Shown: piece by piece, positions 10,158 to 20,015 of the stretch | How positions within the stretch are numbered: position 1 is the stretch's first letter | How the letters are laid out: every line of letters begins with the position of its first letter | Assembly: GCA_963841015.1 (NCBI GenBank) | Contig: CAWJAX010000003.1 | Coordinates: 704,001-768,000, forward strand | Origin: an uncultured Methanoregulaceae archaeon | GTDB lineage: Archaea; Halobacteriota; Methanomicrobia; Methanomicrobiales; Methanospirillaceae | DNA length: 64,000 nucleotides | Direction: 5' to 3' | Notes under the pieces: model-generated | What the model saw: the letters and a program-made list of their open reading frames with translations, nothing else | Database searches by the model: none | Told to the model about the DNA's origin: nothing | Made by a program: the position numbers and the translations under genes

Positions 10158-11612
10158 TTACTTTGAAATAATATGTGAGTTTTTATCGCCCCGCCCAATT
10201 CCTTTATATACAAATCCGTGACGGATATAAAGGTCAGGATCGATCATGTTTCTGCCATCGATAATAACCGGATGTGCTTTTCCGGAAAGGGTCCGGATAT
10301 TTTCCGGATCCAGGTTTTTGTATTGATTATGACCCGCAAAGATAACAACAGCATCCGCATCTTTTAATGCATCATCAAGGTTCTGGAGTATAGGAACACC
10401 TGAATAAGCCACTACGTAGGGATCATGAACGTTAACCTTAGCCCCGGACTGAATCAGATTATCCCGGTAAGGTTCTGCAGGAGTATTTCGCGTGTCATCC
10501 GAATTTGCAAGGAATGCCCAACCAAGAATTGCAACCTTTGCTCCTACCATAGATCGTCCTGATCTTTTCAGGGCATCCAGAGTGAGATGAAACATATGGG
10601 TGGGCATGAAATCATTGATGTGCCTTGCAAGCACATAGAGCGACGGCTCATTTGCCGGGTAATCCAGCAGGCTCTTCCCAAGAACCTGTACACCCCGTTC
10701 AAGATGATAAGTATCCTTTGTCAGGCAGTGTCCCCCGACACCTGCACCCGGCCAGAGCATCGCTCTCGTAATCCCCTCACCCTTGAGGCTGTCGATACCA
10801 GTCCGGACATCGTAAACATTAATCCCCATCGCTTCGCAATAGAGAGCAAGCTCGTTTATCGCAGCGAGCTGGAGATCACGGAAGGTATTCTCTGCAGTTT
10901 TGGTCACTTCAGCTGCGGTTGCTGACATAGGGATAACTTTTCCCTGGGTCAATACCGGGGAATACAGTTCAGTTGCCCTTTGGGTACTTATCTTATCAAT
11001 TCCACCCACAATTCGATCATGTTCCCGGATATTCCGTAGCAGTCTTCCTACCATCACCCGTTCGGGTGCGTGTGCAAGAGCGAAATCAATACCCGCTTTA
11101 AGGCCGGACTCCTGTTCTAAGAGCTCCCTGGCGATCCCGACTGTAGTCCCGGGAGTAATCGTTGATTCCAATACCACAAGCATGCCGGGTTTGAGATAAC
11201 GACCCACATTCTTTATTCCCTCCATCAGGGCGGAGAAATCCGGCAGTAAATCTTCCTTGTTCAGAAACGGTGTCTGAATCGAAAGAGTGACTGCGTCGAG
11301 TTCTGCGATCTTGGAGAAATCAGAGGTGCAGACAAACTTTTGTGCAGCAGTTACTTTCTGCAACAGTTCTTCAAGCCCCGGCTCTTCACCTTTGAGGGGA
11401 CTTTCACCCCGGTTCAGCATGGCGATTTTGTAGCCAGATGAGGAGGAGTCCCGCTGGAACCCATAAACAACATCAACTGCAGGGGAATCAGCAAAGAGAG
11501 CTGCTGCAGGAATCCCCACATAACCCATCCCGAGAACACCAATCTTTTTGATAGGCCCCCGTTTCCGTATTAATGCTTCAAGTGTCATTTTAACATTCTC
11601 TTCCCGATTCAC
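10158..11612 (-). CDS. UDP-N-acetylhexosamine dehydrogenase (WbpA/WecC family)
   Basis: GMGYVG, ESTITPGTT, PER, GVGGHC motifs. Confidence 0.92.
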   Translation of the reverse strand: MNREENVKMTLEALIRKRGPIKKIGVLGMGYVGIPAAALFADSPAVDVVYGFQRDSSSSGYKIAMLNRGESPLKGEEPGLEELLQKVTAAQKFVCTSDFSKIAELDAVTLSIQTPFLNKEDLLPDFSALMEGIKNVGRYLKPGMLVVLESTITPGTTVGIARELLEQESGLKAGIDFALAHAPERVMVGRLLRNIREHDRIVGGIDKISTQRATELYSPVLTQGKVIPMSATAAEVTKTAENTFRDLQLAAINELALYCEAMGINVYDVRTGIDSLKGEGITRAMLWPGAGVGGHCLTKDTYHLERGVQVLGKSLLDYPANEPSLYVLARHINDFMPTHMFHLTLDALKRSGRSMVGAKVAILGWAFLANSDDTRNTPAEPYRDNLIQSGAKVNVHDPYVVAYSGVPILQNLDDALKDADAVVIFAGHNQYKNLDPENIRTLSGKAHPVIIDGRNMIDPDLYIRHGFVYKGIGRGDKNSHIISK

Positions 11613-12514
11613 ATTGGAGACCTGATTTTTTCACAAAACTCAAGGTTGCGAATTGCCTGTTCCGGGGAGATAAGGAACGGTTGGTTCTTATCTACGCATT
11701 CGATAAACGTTTCCAGTTCACGTTTTAGTGGTTCGACCGTGTTGACCATTACTTTCTCGATGATATTTTCCTGCACGTATCGTTCGGCTTCGACATGGTA
11801 CTGACCGGGTTTGCGGTGGATAGTCACTTCCTGAGTCATGAAATTGCCTTCAATGGTGAACTCTTCGTCCTCGACATAAAATTGCCGGATCTTCTTTGAT
11901 GCTTTTCGGCTTGCTGACAGTGAAACAGGAATGTCATTGCAATTCATCAGCACACTCATCACATCCGCATTGCCAACACTGTGAATATCACTGGGATCCG
12001 GGAAAAATACATTCAGGAGGATATCAATATCATGAATCATCAGGTCTTCAACAACGGAACTTCCGGTTATCCGTGCTGATGCAGGATTATGCCGCTTAAA
12101 CTCCATATAAAGGGGATGTTTGACGATCTTTTTAATTTCGGCAACGATCGGGTTGAACCGTTCAATATGCCCCACACCGATAGTAATCCCTTCGGGTGCT
12201 GTATTTATCAGCTGCCTGGCTTGTTCAGCGGTTGCACATATTGGTTTTTCAATAAGTACGGATTTTTCCTTCGCAAAAACCTGTCCGACAACACCTGCGT
12301 GAAACTGTGTTGGCACAACAACACTGACGGCATCAGAATTGTCAAGGAGTTCGCTGATTGATTCATACACGGTTGCGTCGTGTTTTTCACCCAGAGATTT
12401 TGCAGCCGGGGTATTCACATCATAAATACCCAGTGAATCCACACTTTTTAATTCTGAATACACGCGGACATGGTTTTTTCCCATGGCCCCGACACCGATT
12501 ACACCAACATCCAT
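11609..12514 (-). CDS. Gfo/Idh/MocA oxidoreductase (WbpB-like)
   Basis: GVIGVGAMG, EKP, GHIERFNP, DLMIHDID motifs. Confidence 0.9.
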   Translation of the reverse strand: MDVGVIGVGAMGKNHVRVYSELKSVDSLGIYDVNTPAAKSLGEKHDATVYESISELLDNSDAVSVVVPTQFHAGVVGQVFAKEKSVLIEKPICATAEQARQLINTAPEGITIGVGHIERFNPIVAEIKKIVKHPLYMEFKRHNPASARITGSSVVEDLMIHDIDILLNVFFPDPSDIHSVGNADVMSVLMNCNDIPVSLSASRKASKKIRQFYVEDEEFTIEGNFMTQEVTIHRKPGQYHVEAERYVQENIIEKVMVNTVEPLKRELETFIECVDKNQPFLISPEQAIRNLEFCEKIRSPM

Positions 12515-13609
12515 TCATTTCACCCGGTTGATGGCATCACAGATATACGCAAGCTCTTTCTGGTCAAGCAACGGGTGAACCGGGATACTCAACACGGATT
12601 TTGCCAGACTGGTCGATATGGGACAGGAATCGGCTTCGTTAGCTCGGGCATAGACCGGCTGCTGATGGAGCGGTATAGGGTAGTGCACTGCCGTTCCGAT
12701 CCCTTTAACCTTCAGATATTCCATAAAATCAGCACGCTTCAGGGGAAATTCATCAGTCAGGCGGACCACGTACTGGTGATATACATGATGCATACCCGGT
12801 GCAACAACCGGGGTGATGAGCCCCCTGACGGATATATGAGTGTCAAAATACTCAGCGTTTTTCCGGCGACGTGTGTTGAACTTCTCCAGTTTTTTCAGCT
12901 GCACAACACCGATTGCAGCAGCCACGTCGGTCAAGCGGTAATTATACCCGATCCGGGTATGGAGGTATTTCTCGCTCTGTCCATGGTTGATGAGAAGGCG
13001 CAGGCGTTCATTCAATGCCTTGTCGCTGGTTGTAACCATGCCCCCTTCGCCAGTGGTCATGTTTTTTGTAGCATAGAATGAGAAACAGCCCATGTGCCCC
13101 ATTGCCCCGGCCTTTTCGCTGTTCCACATCGCACCCTGTGCCTGTGCAGCATCCTCGATTAATGTGAGATTATGTGATTCGCAGACCTGTTTTATTCCCT
13201 GTATATCGAATGGCTGGCCAAAGAGATGTACTCCTATGACCGCTTTTGTCTTTGGGGTTATATGGTTCTCAACCTGTGCCGGGTCGATGCAGAATGTCTT
13301 TTCGTTCACGTCAACAAAGACCGGCTTTGCCCCGGTCATGGAAACAGCCGATGCGGTAGCGAAAAAAGTAAACGAAGGGACGATAACTTCGTCACCAGGA
13401 CCGATATCCGCAGCCAGCAGCGCAGCATGAAGCGCGGCTGTACCATTATTTATTGCAACTGCATGCGTAGTGCCGCAATAATCTGCAAATTTTTTCTCGA
13501 ATTCCACTACACGCTCTCCGGATGCCAGCATGCCTGATTCAAGCACAGCAGTTACCGCAGAGATCTCATCCTGACCAATGGCCGGTCGCGCAACAGGTAT
13601 CTGCACCAC
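12515..13609 (-). CDS. DegT/DnrJ/EryC1/StrS aminotransferase (WbpE-like)
   Basis: NGTAALH, EDAAQA, SFYATKN, GEGG motifs. Confidence 0.93.
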   Translation of the reverse strand: MVQIPVARPAIGQDEISAVTAVLESGMLASGERVVEFEKKFADYCGTTHAVAINNGTAALHAALLAADIGPGDEVIVPSFTFFATASAVSMTGAKPVFVDVNEKTFCIDPAQVENHITPKTKAVIGVHLFGQPFDIQGIKQVCESHNLTLIEDAAQAQGAMWNSEKAGAMGHMGCFSFYATKNMTTGEGGMVTTSDKALNERLRLLINHGQSEKYLHTRIGYNYRLTDVAAAIGVVQLKKLEKFNTRRRKNAEYFDTHISVRGLITPVVAPGMHHVYHQYVVRLTDEFPLKRADFMEYLKVKGIGTAVHYPIPLHQQPVYARANEADSCPISTSLAKSVLSIPVHPLLDQKELAYICDAINRVK

Positions 13610-13793
13610 TATTCACCCAATAAATTATGATTGTTTCAATAAAAATGCGTAATGATCGGATAAATATCATTCCAGCAGGAAAACACAGATATGTTCATTT
13701 TTCCAGATTTCATTCTATCCTCCGCACATCTCATCCAAAAGATAGGTAATTAGAACAGGAACATCCAATTATCGTACGAACGAGCCGGGAGGG

Positions 13794-14697
13794 GTGAAAA
13801 CGCGACATCTCATATCCATTGGAGATTTTGATAGGAACGAGATCGACAAACTACTGGACCATGCGCGGCAATTAGATCGTGAAAAATATGATAAGAATGC
13901 CCTGTACGGAAAAATCCTTGCCACACTTTTCTTTGAGCCAAGTACAAGGACACGGATGTCTTTTGAATCTGCAATGGCACGGTTGGGGGGCACTTCTCTT
14001 TCTGTCGGAAGTGTAGAAGCATGCTCTATAGCTGAAGGGAGAGACGCTTGCCGATACGATCCGGGTAGTAAGCGGGTATGCGGATGCGATCGTGATCCGG
14101 CACCCAAAAGAGGGAGCCGCGAGACTTGCTGCTGAATTTTCCACTGTCCCGGTAATCAATGCCGGGGACGGTGCAGGTCAGCACCCCTCCCAGACACTTC
14201 TTGATCTGTATACTATCCGCCAGTCTATGCCCATCGATAAAATTGATGTGGCACTTATCGGCGACCTCAGATATGGACGCACGGCACATTCACTGGCCTC
14301 TGCACTCTCGCTGTACGATGTACGACTGCATACAATCTCCCCAAAGGGACTTGAACTTCCGGCAAACCTTGCTGCTGAGCTTTCAGATAAGGGGATGGAG
14401 ATTGTTGAACATGACGACATAAATGAAGTAATCAGTGATGTTGATGTCCTTTATGTCACCCGTATACAGCGGGAGCGTTTCCCTGACTCGGCATCCTACT
14501 TTAACGTTTCATCAAGTTATCGCATCACTCCGGAACTACTTTGTAGTGCACGAAACCACCTTATCATTCTCCATCCTCTCCCCAGGGTGGATGAAATCGA
14601 CCCCAGGGTCGACGAATTGCAGTACGCACGTTACTTTGAACAATCGCGGAACGGGGTTCCGGTTCGGATGGCCATGCTCATGCGGGTGATGCAATGA
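13794..14697 (+). CDS. pyrB: Aspartate carbamoyltransferase catalytic subunit (+1 frameshift near 14034, probably an error)
   Basis: FFEPSTRTR, HPSQTLLD, GDLRYGRT, HPLPR; KGETLADT is restored by deleting one G. Confidence 0.95.
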
Positions 14698-15167
14698 AGA
14701 AAACCGAAACATCGGAAAATGAAGGGCTTCTCGTCCGGCGGATTAAGAACGGGACGGTTATCGACCATATCGATGGTGGCGAGGCACTCAATGTCGTGAA
14801 GATCCTTGGAATCACCGGTACAACTCAGGAAGCTCTTTCAATCGCGACCAATGTTCCAAGCAGGAATATGGGCTGTAAGGATATCGTTAAACTTACCAAC
14901 CGGGAACTCTCAAAAGAGGAAGTCGACCGGATCGCACTCATTTCACCACGGGCAACAATCAATATCATAAGAAATTTTAAAGTATGTGAAAAAAAGGGGG
15001 TCGAGATCCCGACACTCATTGTAGGGATCGTCCGGTGCCCCAATCCGGGATGCATCTCTAATACAAACGAACCTATCCCGAGCAAATTTAATGTGCTTCC
15101 AAAAGGGCTCCATTGTTACTATTGTGACTGGGTTATCTCAAAGGACCTGACCAGTCATATCATCTGA
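14694..15167 (+). CDS. pyrI: Aspartate carbamoyltransferase regulatory subunit
   Basis: IKNGTVIDHI, CPNPGCI...CYYC. Confidence 0.97.
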   Translation: MKKTETSENEGLLVRRIKNGTVIDHIDGGEALNVVKILGITGTTQEALSIATNVPSRNMGCKDIVKLTNRELSKEEVDRIALISPRATINIIRNFKVCEKKGVEIPTLIVGIVRCPNPGCISNTNEPIPSKFNVLPKGLHCYYCDWVISKDLTSHII

Positions 15168-15173
15168 ATTTTT

Positions 15174-15380
15174 TATTCTGGAGAAATGCATAATTACAAG
15201 CTAAACGCTTAAGGGGCTTTCACCCCCGCCACTATTGCTCTCCCGATGCGATAAACCCCGAACAGGCGCTACATCATCAACACTCAACACAGGGTCGGAA
15301 TAGGAGGACAGGTAATGACCCCCTTCGTCGTACCTGCATCTTGAATTTCATATCAATGGAAAAGGAAATCTGCAGAAGCC
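15174..15380. mobile_element. 207-bp MITE-like dispersed repeat, copy 1 (inverted relative to 57618-57824)
   Basis: Aligns by eye to the reverse complement of 57618-57824 along its length, e.g. GGGGCTTTCACCCCCG, ATGCGATAA, TTCATATCAATGGAAAAGGAA. Confidence 0.7.
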
Positions 15381-15537
15381 AATTATTGTATTTTCCTGCG
15401 TCCTCCGCAGGTCGAACGACTGTTTCCAGGTACCTGTTACACGTCAGCTCCATGTATTTGCATTACTCCAAAAATGATTATGTCACTCTGCTTATGGTGG
15501 TGAGCGTAGCTGGGGAGGATGAGTAAAATTTTAAAGG

Positions 15538-15996
15538 TTATTTGAGCAGGTGACCGTGAATATCAATCTCACCACGGTATATACGTGTGCTTGATATCCA
15601 GCGTCCATCCTCTGCAAGAACGCAACTGATCTGGTGAATATCTACCTTCTTTCGTCCTTTTTCACGCCGCAATTTATTGATATCGACAGCTACTTTGAGT
15701 GTTTCTTCAGATACGATGAGAGCGTCAAAGTCGGCATCAATGGCTGAGCCGTAACGATCGTTCAGTGGTTCGACCGACCAATGGGTTGAAGGGAAAGCTG
15801 GGGAGAGGTATCGCTCGAGATCGGCTTTCCGTGTGGCAAACGGGCGTATTGGATGGATCTTGTGGCTTGCAAACGAATCACTCGTAAGACCGATCACCAC
15901 ATTACCACCCGGACCGGCAATTTCAAATGAGCGGGCCAGGAGGCGTTTGTGCCCGTCGTGAAGGGGATCAAAAGTACCCCCTACCATAACCTTCAT
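15538..15996 (-). CDS. coaD: Phosphopantetheine adenylyltransferase
   Basis: GGTFDPLHDGH, VSEET, ISSTRI motifs. Confidence 0.93.
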   Translation of the reverse strand: MKVMVGGTFDPLHDGHKRLLARSFEIAGPGGNVVIGLTSDSFASHKIHPIRPFATRKADLERYLSPAFPSTHWSVEPLNDRYGSAIDADFDALIVSEETLKVAVDINKLRREKGRKKVDIHQISCVLAEDGRWISSTRIYRGEIDIHGHLLK

Positions 15997-16026
15997 ACAG
16001 TTTGATTCTTAATTTCCTATGTTATT

Positions 16027-16524
16027 ATGCATATGGATGTTCAGGTCTCCGGCATGCCGCTTTTTGTAGCCGGCAACGCAACGGTCATTGGCGACGTCAC
16101 TGTCGGAAAACAGGTAGGAATATGGTTTGGCGCTGTTATCCGGGCTGACAGGGACCGGATTGTTATCGGGGACAGGTCGAATATTCAGGATAATTGCGTG
16201 GTGCACACGAGCAAAGGTTTTCCTGTTACTCTCGGTCATGACGTATCAGTCGGGCATGGGGCGATCCTGCACGGCTGCACGATAGGAAACCGTGTGCTCA
16301 TCGGTATGGGTGCTATCATCATCAATGGTGCCACGGTAGGTGACGGATCAATTATAGGAGCAGGTGCAGTAATCACGGAAGGCAAGGATATCCCGCCAAA
16401 CTCTGTAGTTGTCGGGGTTCCAGGCAAAATTGTCAAACTGGCGGATCAGGTCCAGCAGCAGCAAATCCTCAATAATGCGGCTTCTTATGTCGAACTTGCA
16501 AAGGAGTATGTCCGCCATGGGTGA
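16027..16524 (+). CDS. Gamma-class carbonic anhydrase / hexapeptide-repeat protein
   Basis: IWFGAVIRAD, NIQDNCVVH, GHGAILHGC motifs. Confidence 0.92.
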   Translation: MHMDVQVSGMPLFVAGNATVIGDVTVGKQVGIWFGAVIRADRDRIVIGDRSNIQDNCVVHTSKGFPVTLGHDVSVGHGAILHGCTIGNRVLIGMGAIIINGATVGDGSIIGAGAVITEGKDIPPNSVVVGVPGKIVKLADQVQQQQILNNAASYVELAKEYVRHG

Positions 16525-17797
16525 TGTCGTTGTCATAGGTGCAGGTATAGCTGGAATCCAGGCTGCCCTGGACATTGCCAATCACGGCATCCATGTTCAC
16601 CTTATTGAGCGTGAACCATCAATCGGCGGGCATATGGCGCAGCTGGATAAAACATTTCCGACAAACGATTGTTCGATGTGCATCCTATCCCCAAAAATGG
16701 TTGACGTGCAGCGTCACCCCAACATTACCCTTTACACTTGTTCAGAAGTTGAAAAGATTGAAGGATCAGTGGGTAATTTTTCCGTAACCATTAAAAAAAA
16801 TCCACGGTACGTGGATGAATCAACCTGTAACGGGTGCGGTGACTGCATTCAGATCTGCCCTGTTGAGGTGTACAACCGTTTTGATGCAGGAATCGGTGTC
16901 CGAAAAGCGATCTATAAACCTCAGCCCCAGTCTGTTCCGGACATTGTAATAAAAGACCCGGAACACTGTATTGAATGCGGACTCTGCTACGATGCCTGCG
17001 GACCCGGTTCGGTTCTCCGTGAAGATGCCCAAAAGGATATTCACATTCATGCGGCAAGCATCGTGATCAGCACAGGTTATGCAGTGTTCGATGCAAAGAA
17101 CAAGCCACAGTTCGGTCACCTTCTTCTCCCTGATGTGATTACGAGCCTCGAGCTGGAGCGCATGTTAAACGCAAGCGGGCCTACCGGCGGAAAAATCAAA
17201 CGACTGAGCGATGGTCAGGCACCACAGACTATAGTTTTCATACAGTGTGTAGGTTCCCGGGATATGACCATTAACCGCCCGTACTGTTCCTGTGTCTGTT
17301 GCATGCAGGCGATCAAAAATGCGATACTGATCAAGGAAAAAAATCCTGAAACTGACATAATCATCTGCTATATTGACATACGGTCATACGGCAAGGGGTA
17401 CGAGGAATATTATGAACGGGCAAAAGCACTGGGGGTCAGATTCCTGAGGGGATTGCCATCTGATGTGCTTGCAGACCGTAATGGCATGATCCTGCAGGTT
17501 GAGAATTCTGAAACTTCAGAAGTTCATGTGCTTCATCCCGATCTTGTCGTTCTGTCAGTTGGTATCGGACCTGCAGAAAAGACCGGGAAGATTGCAGAAC
17601 AATTCGGTATCCCGCTCGAAGACACGGGGTTCATCAAACCCTTGCATGATGCTGTTGATACTGTTGCCACGTTGCGCCCGGGGATCTACATTGCAGGTAC
17701 CACCACGGCACCAAGAGACATCCCGGACAGCGTTGCATCCGGAGGATCAGCATCAATGCGTGCATATATTGATGCAATCAGGACGCGGTCGGTGTGA
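16517..17797 (+). CDS. Short HdrA-family flavo-iron-sulfur protein (426 aa)
   Basis: GAGIAG, GGHMAQLDKTFPTNDCSMC, two CxxCxxC clusters, CVGSRD, CSCVCC. Confidence 0.9.
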   Translation: MGDVVVIGAGIAGIQAALDIANHGIHVHLIEREPSIGGHMAQLDKTFPTNDCSMCILSPKMVDVQRHPNITLYTCSEVEKIEGSVGNFSVTIKKNPRYVDESTCNGCGDCIQICPVEVYNRFDAGIGVRKAIYKPQPQSVPDIVIKDPEHCIECGLCYDACGPGSVLREDAQKDIHIHAASIVISTGYAVFDAKNKPQFGHLLLPDVITSLELERMLNASGPTGGKIKRLSDGQAPQTIVFIQCVGSRDMTINRPYCSCVCCMQAIKNAILIKEKNPETDIIICYIDIRSYGKGYEEYYERAKALGVRFLRGLPSDVLADRNGMILQVENSETSEVHVLHPDLVVLSVGIGPAEKTGKIAEQFGIPLEDTGFIKPLHDAVDTVATLRPGIYIAGTTTAPRDIPDSVASGGSASMRAYIDAIRTRSV

Positions 17798-18837
17798 ACG
17801 AGACTGCCACCCTGTGGTGGGATACGGAGATTAAAAGTCTCTGCTATATTGACCAGACACTCCTTCCGGAGAAATACACTATTGCTGAATGCCGAAGTAT
17901 CGGACAACTGGCAACCGCAATTAAAAGACTTGAGATACGAGGTGCTCCCGCGCTTGGTGTTGCGGGGGCATACGGCATTGCACTCTCAGCCCAGGTCTGC
18001 CGGAAAAACGAACTCCCTGCGTTTTTTGCTGAGGTGCATAAGGATGCGGAAATCCTGAGGGCAACCCGCCCGACTGCGATCAACCTTGGCTGGGGAATTG
18101 ACCGGGTGCTCTCAAAAATTGCCCATGTTCAGGATATTGATTCTCTAAGAAGGATTGCCCTCACTGAAGCGGAAGCAATCGCCAGCGAAGATACGGCATG
18201 CTGCCACATGATCGGCGAAAACGGCGCTGCGCTTCTTCCTGACAACTGTACAGTTCTGACCCACTGTAATGCCGGCTCACTTGCATGTTCTTCATGGGGT
18301 ACGGCCCTGGGTGTGATTCGTTCTGCAATACAAGGGGGTAAACGGATTAAAGTAATCGCGTGTGAAACCCGCCCGTTACTTCAGGGTTCCCGACTCACTG
18401 CATGGGAACTTCTCCGGGATGGAATTGAGGTAACGGTGATCACCGATTCTTCTGCAGCGCACCTTATGCGCACCGGCGCCATTGATGCTGTTATCGTAGG
18501 TGCCGACCGTATCACGCACGACGCAGTATTTAACAAAATTGGCACGTATATGCATGCAGTCTGTGCCCGCCACCATAACATTCCTTTCTACGTTGCCGCA
18601 CCCCTCTCGACAATTGATACCCGGAAATCGGAAAGTGAGGTGATAATCGAGGAACGCGGCAGGGAGGAGGTGACGACAATGGGCTGCAGGGTATATGTTC
18701 CTGACGCGGCCATAGTGAAAAATTATGCGTTTGATGCAACTCCCATAAAACTTGTCACCGCGATTATCACCGAGAAGGGTGTGCTGCATCCACCCAATAC
18801 CATCGACTCACTCTTATCCTTTAAGAGTACAAAATAA
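17794..18837 (+). CDS. mtnA: S-methyl-5-thioribose-1-phosphate isomerase (MtnA/eIF2B-like)
   Basis: IRGAPA, TRPTAINL, THCNAG, ETRPLLQG, NKIGTY motifs. Confidence 0.92.
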   Translation: MNETATLWWDTEIKSLCYIDQTLLPEKYTIAECRSIGQLATAIKRLEIRGAPALGVAGAYGIALSAQVCRKNELPAFFAEVHKDAEILRATRPTAINLGWGIDRVLSKIAHVQDIDSLRRIALTEAEAIASEDTACCHMIGENGAALLPDNCTVLTHCNAGSLACSSWGTALGVIRSAIQGGKRIKVIACETRPLLQGSRLTAWELLRDGIEVTVITDSSAAHLMRTGAIDAVIVGADRITHDAVFNKIGTYMHAVCARHHNIPFYVAAPLSTIDTRKSESEVIIEERGREEVTTMGCRVYVPDAAIVKNYAFDATPIKLVTAIITEKGVLHPPNTIDSLLSFKSTK

Positions 18838-18862
18838 ACCTGCAATAGCAACCTTCACAGCA

Positions 18863-19563
18863 ATGGATTTGGATTTTCTCACCTGGAATAACCTGATATA
18901 TCTTATCGGGGAAATAACGGTCATCGTCATCCTTGGAGCCCTGCTCACGGCCTTTATCCTCGTCGTCATTTCCCTGTATTCCATAAAAAAAGGCAGGTTG
19001 TATTTTCCTACCCTGATCAAATCCGGACTTGTCTTTTTCGAAGGTTTAATGAAAGCTTTTTCCGGCTCTTTGGGATTGAAGAGCGTGAGATGCTCTCCTT
19101 TTTAATAAAACTTCACAATACCATGAACACTGCGGATTTCGAACGCATTCCGGTTTCAGAACGGGCTGTCTTCATACCCCAGTGCCTGCGCTCATCGAAG
19201 TGCCCCGCCCACCTCACACCGGAAGGATTGAAGTGCCGGAGCTGCGGGCAGTGCACTGTTGGTGAAGCACGGATGATTCTCGAAAAACTGGGTTACCGGA
19301 TTTTTATCGTTCCCGGCTCTTCATTCATCAAACGTATGGTGAAGAAGTATCATCCGAAAGCGATTGTCGGTGTTGGTTGCCTGGCTGAAGTGAAAGAGGG
19401 TATCGATATGGCAGACAAGATGGGGCTGGTCGTAATGGGTATAGTTACCATAAAAGAGGGATGCGTCGAGACACTCGTCAACTGGACAGATATTTACGAG
19501 GTAGCGACGCTGGGAATTGATCCAAAATCAATTCCCGAGGACCTTCATATTCTTTCCCATTAA
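18863..19563 (+). CDS. DUF116 family membrane-anchored Cys-rich protein (frameshift in the T-run near 19058)
   Basis: N-terminal TM segment in one frame; PQCLR..CPA...C..CG.C and IVPGSS in the next. Confidence 0.8.
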
Positions 19564-19941
19564 TTTCCCGCTTTTAATCCTGCCGTGGATGATGATGGTA
19601 TCATCGCTTGTAACATCTCCCACCTGAACACCCGTGCGGAGGATGACCTTTCCCCCGGCCTTCACCGAGTGAACTACCGCATGATCCAGAATAGTAACGT
19701 CTCCGTGCGCCACCAGTGGTCCTTTGATCTTTGACTGGCTGCCGATAATGGCATTCCAGCAGTTCACATCGAGCGCTACGCTGGAACGCGGACCCAGTTC
19801 GAGCGTTCCCGTAACCAGGAGACGTCCCCAGAAATGAGTGTGAGCGGGAACGATGAAATTTCCGTCAATTTTCACATTTCCTTCAAAATACGCCCCTTTT
19901 TGTGCAAAGAATGTATCCCCTTTCTGGATAACGGTCGGCAT
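19528..19941 (-). CDS. Bactofilin-like / polymer-forming beta-helix protein
   Basis: Repeated V/I-x-G-x-V/I beta-helix pattern (FEGNVKIDGN, IKGPLVAHGDV). Confidence 0.65.
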   Translation of the reverse strand: MPTVIQKGDTFFAQKGAYFEGNVKIDGNFIVPAHTHFWGRLLVTGTLELGPRSSVALDVNCWNAIIGSQSKIKGPLVAHGDVTILDHAVVHSVKAGGKVILRTGVQVGDVTSDDTIIIHGRIKSGKLMGKNMKVLGN

Positions 19942-20015
19942 TACTCCCTCAGGGTAAGTTGAGGCACGATCAGGGTATAAACCTGTTGCTCGGTTTACTA
20001 CAGTTCGTTATCGCA

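Noticed and set aside
13794-14697. Programmed frameshift or pseudogene in pyrB (and in the other split genes)
   Set aside because: No slippery heptamer or stimulatory structure is evident; many unrelated genes show the same 1-nt pattern, so sequencing error is more parsimonious
15341-15526. 61-aa ORF after pyrI
   Set aside because: It starts with TTG inside the MITE-like repeat and has no protein-like features
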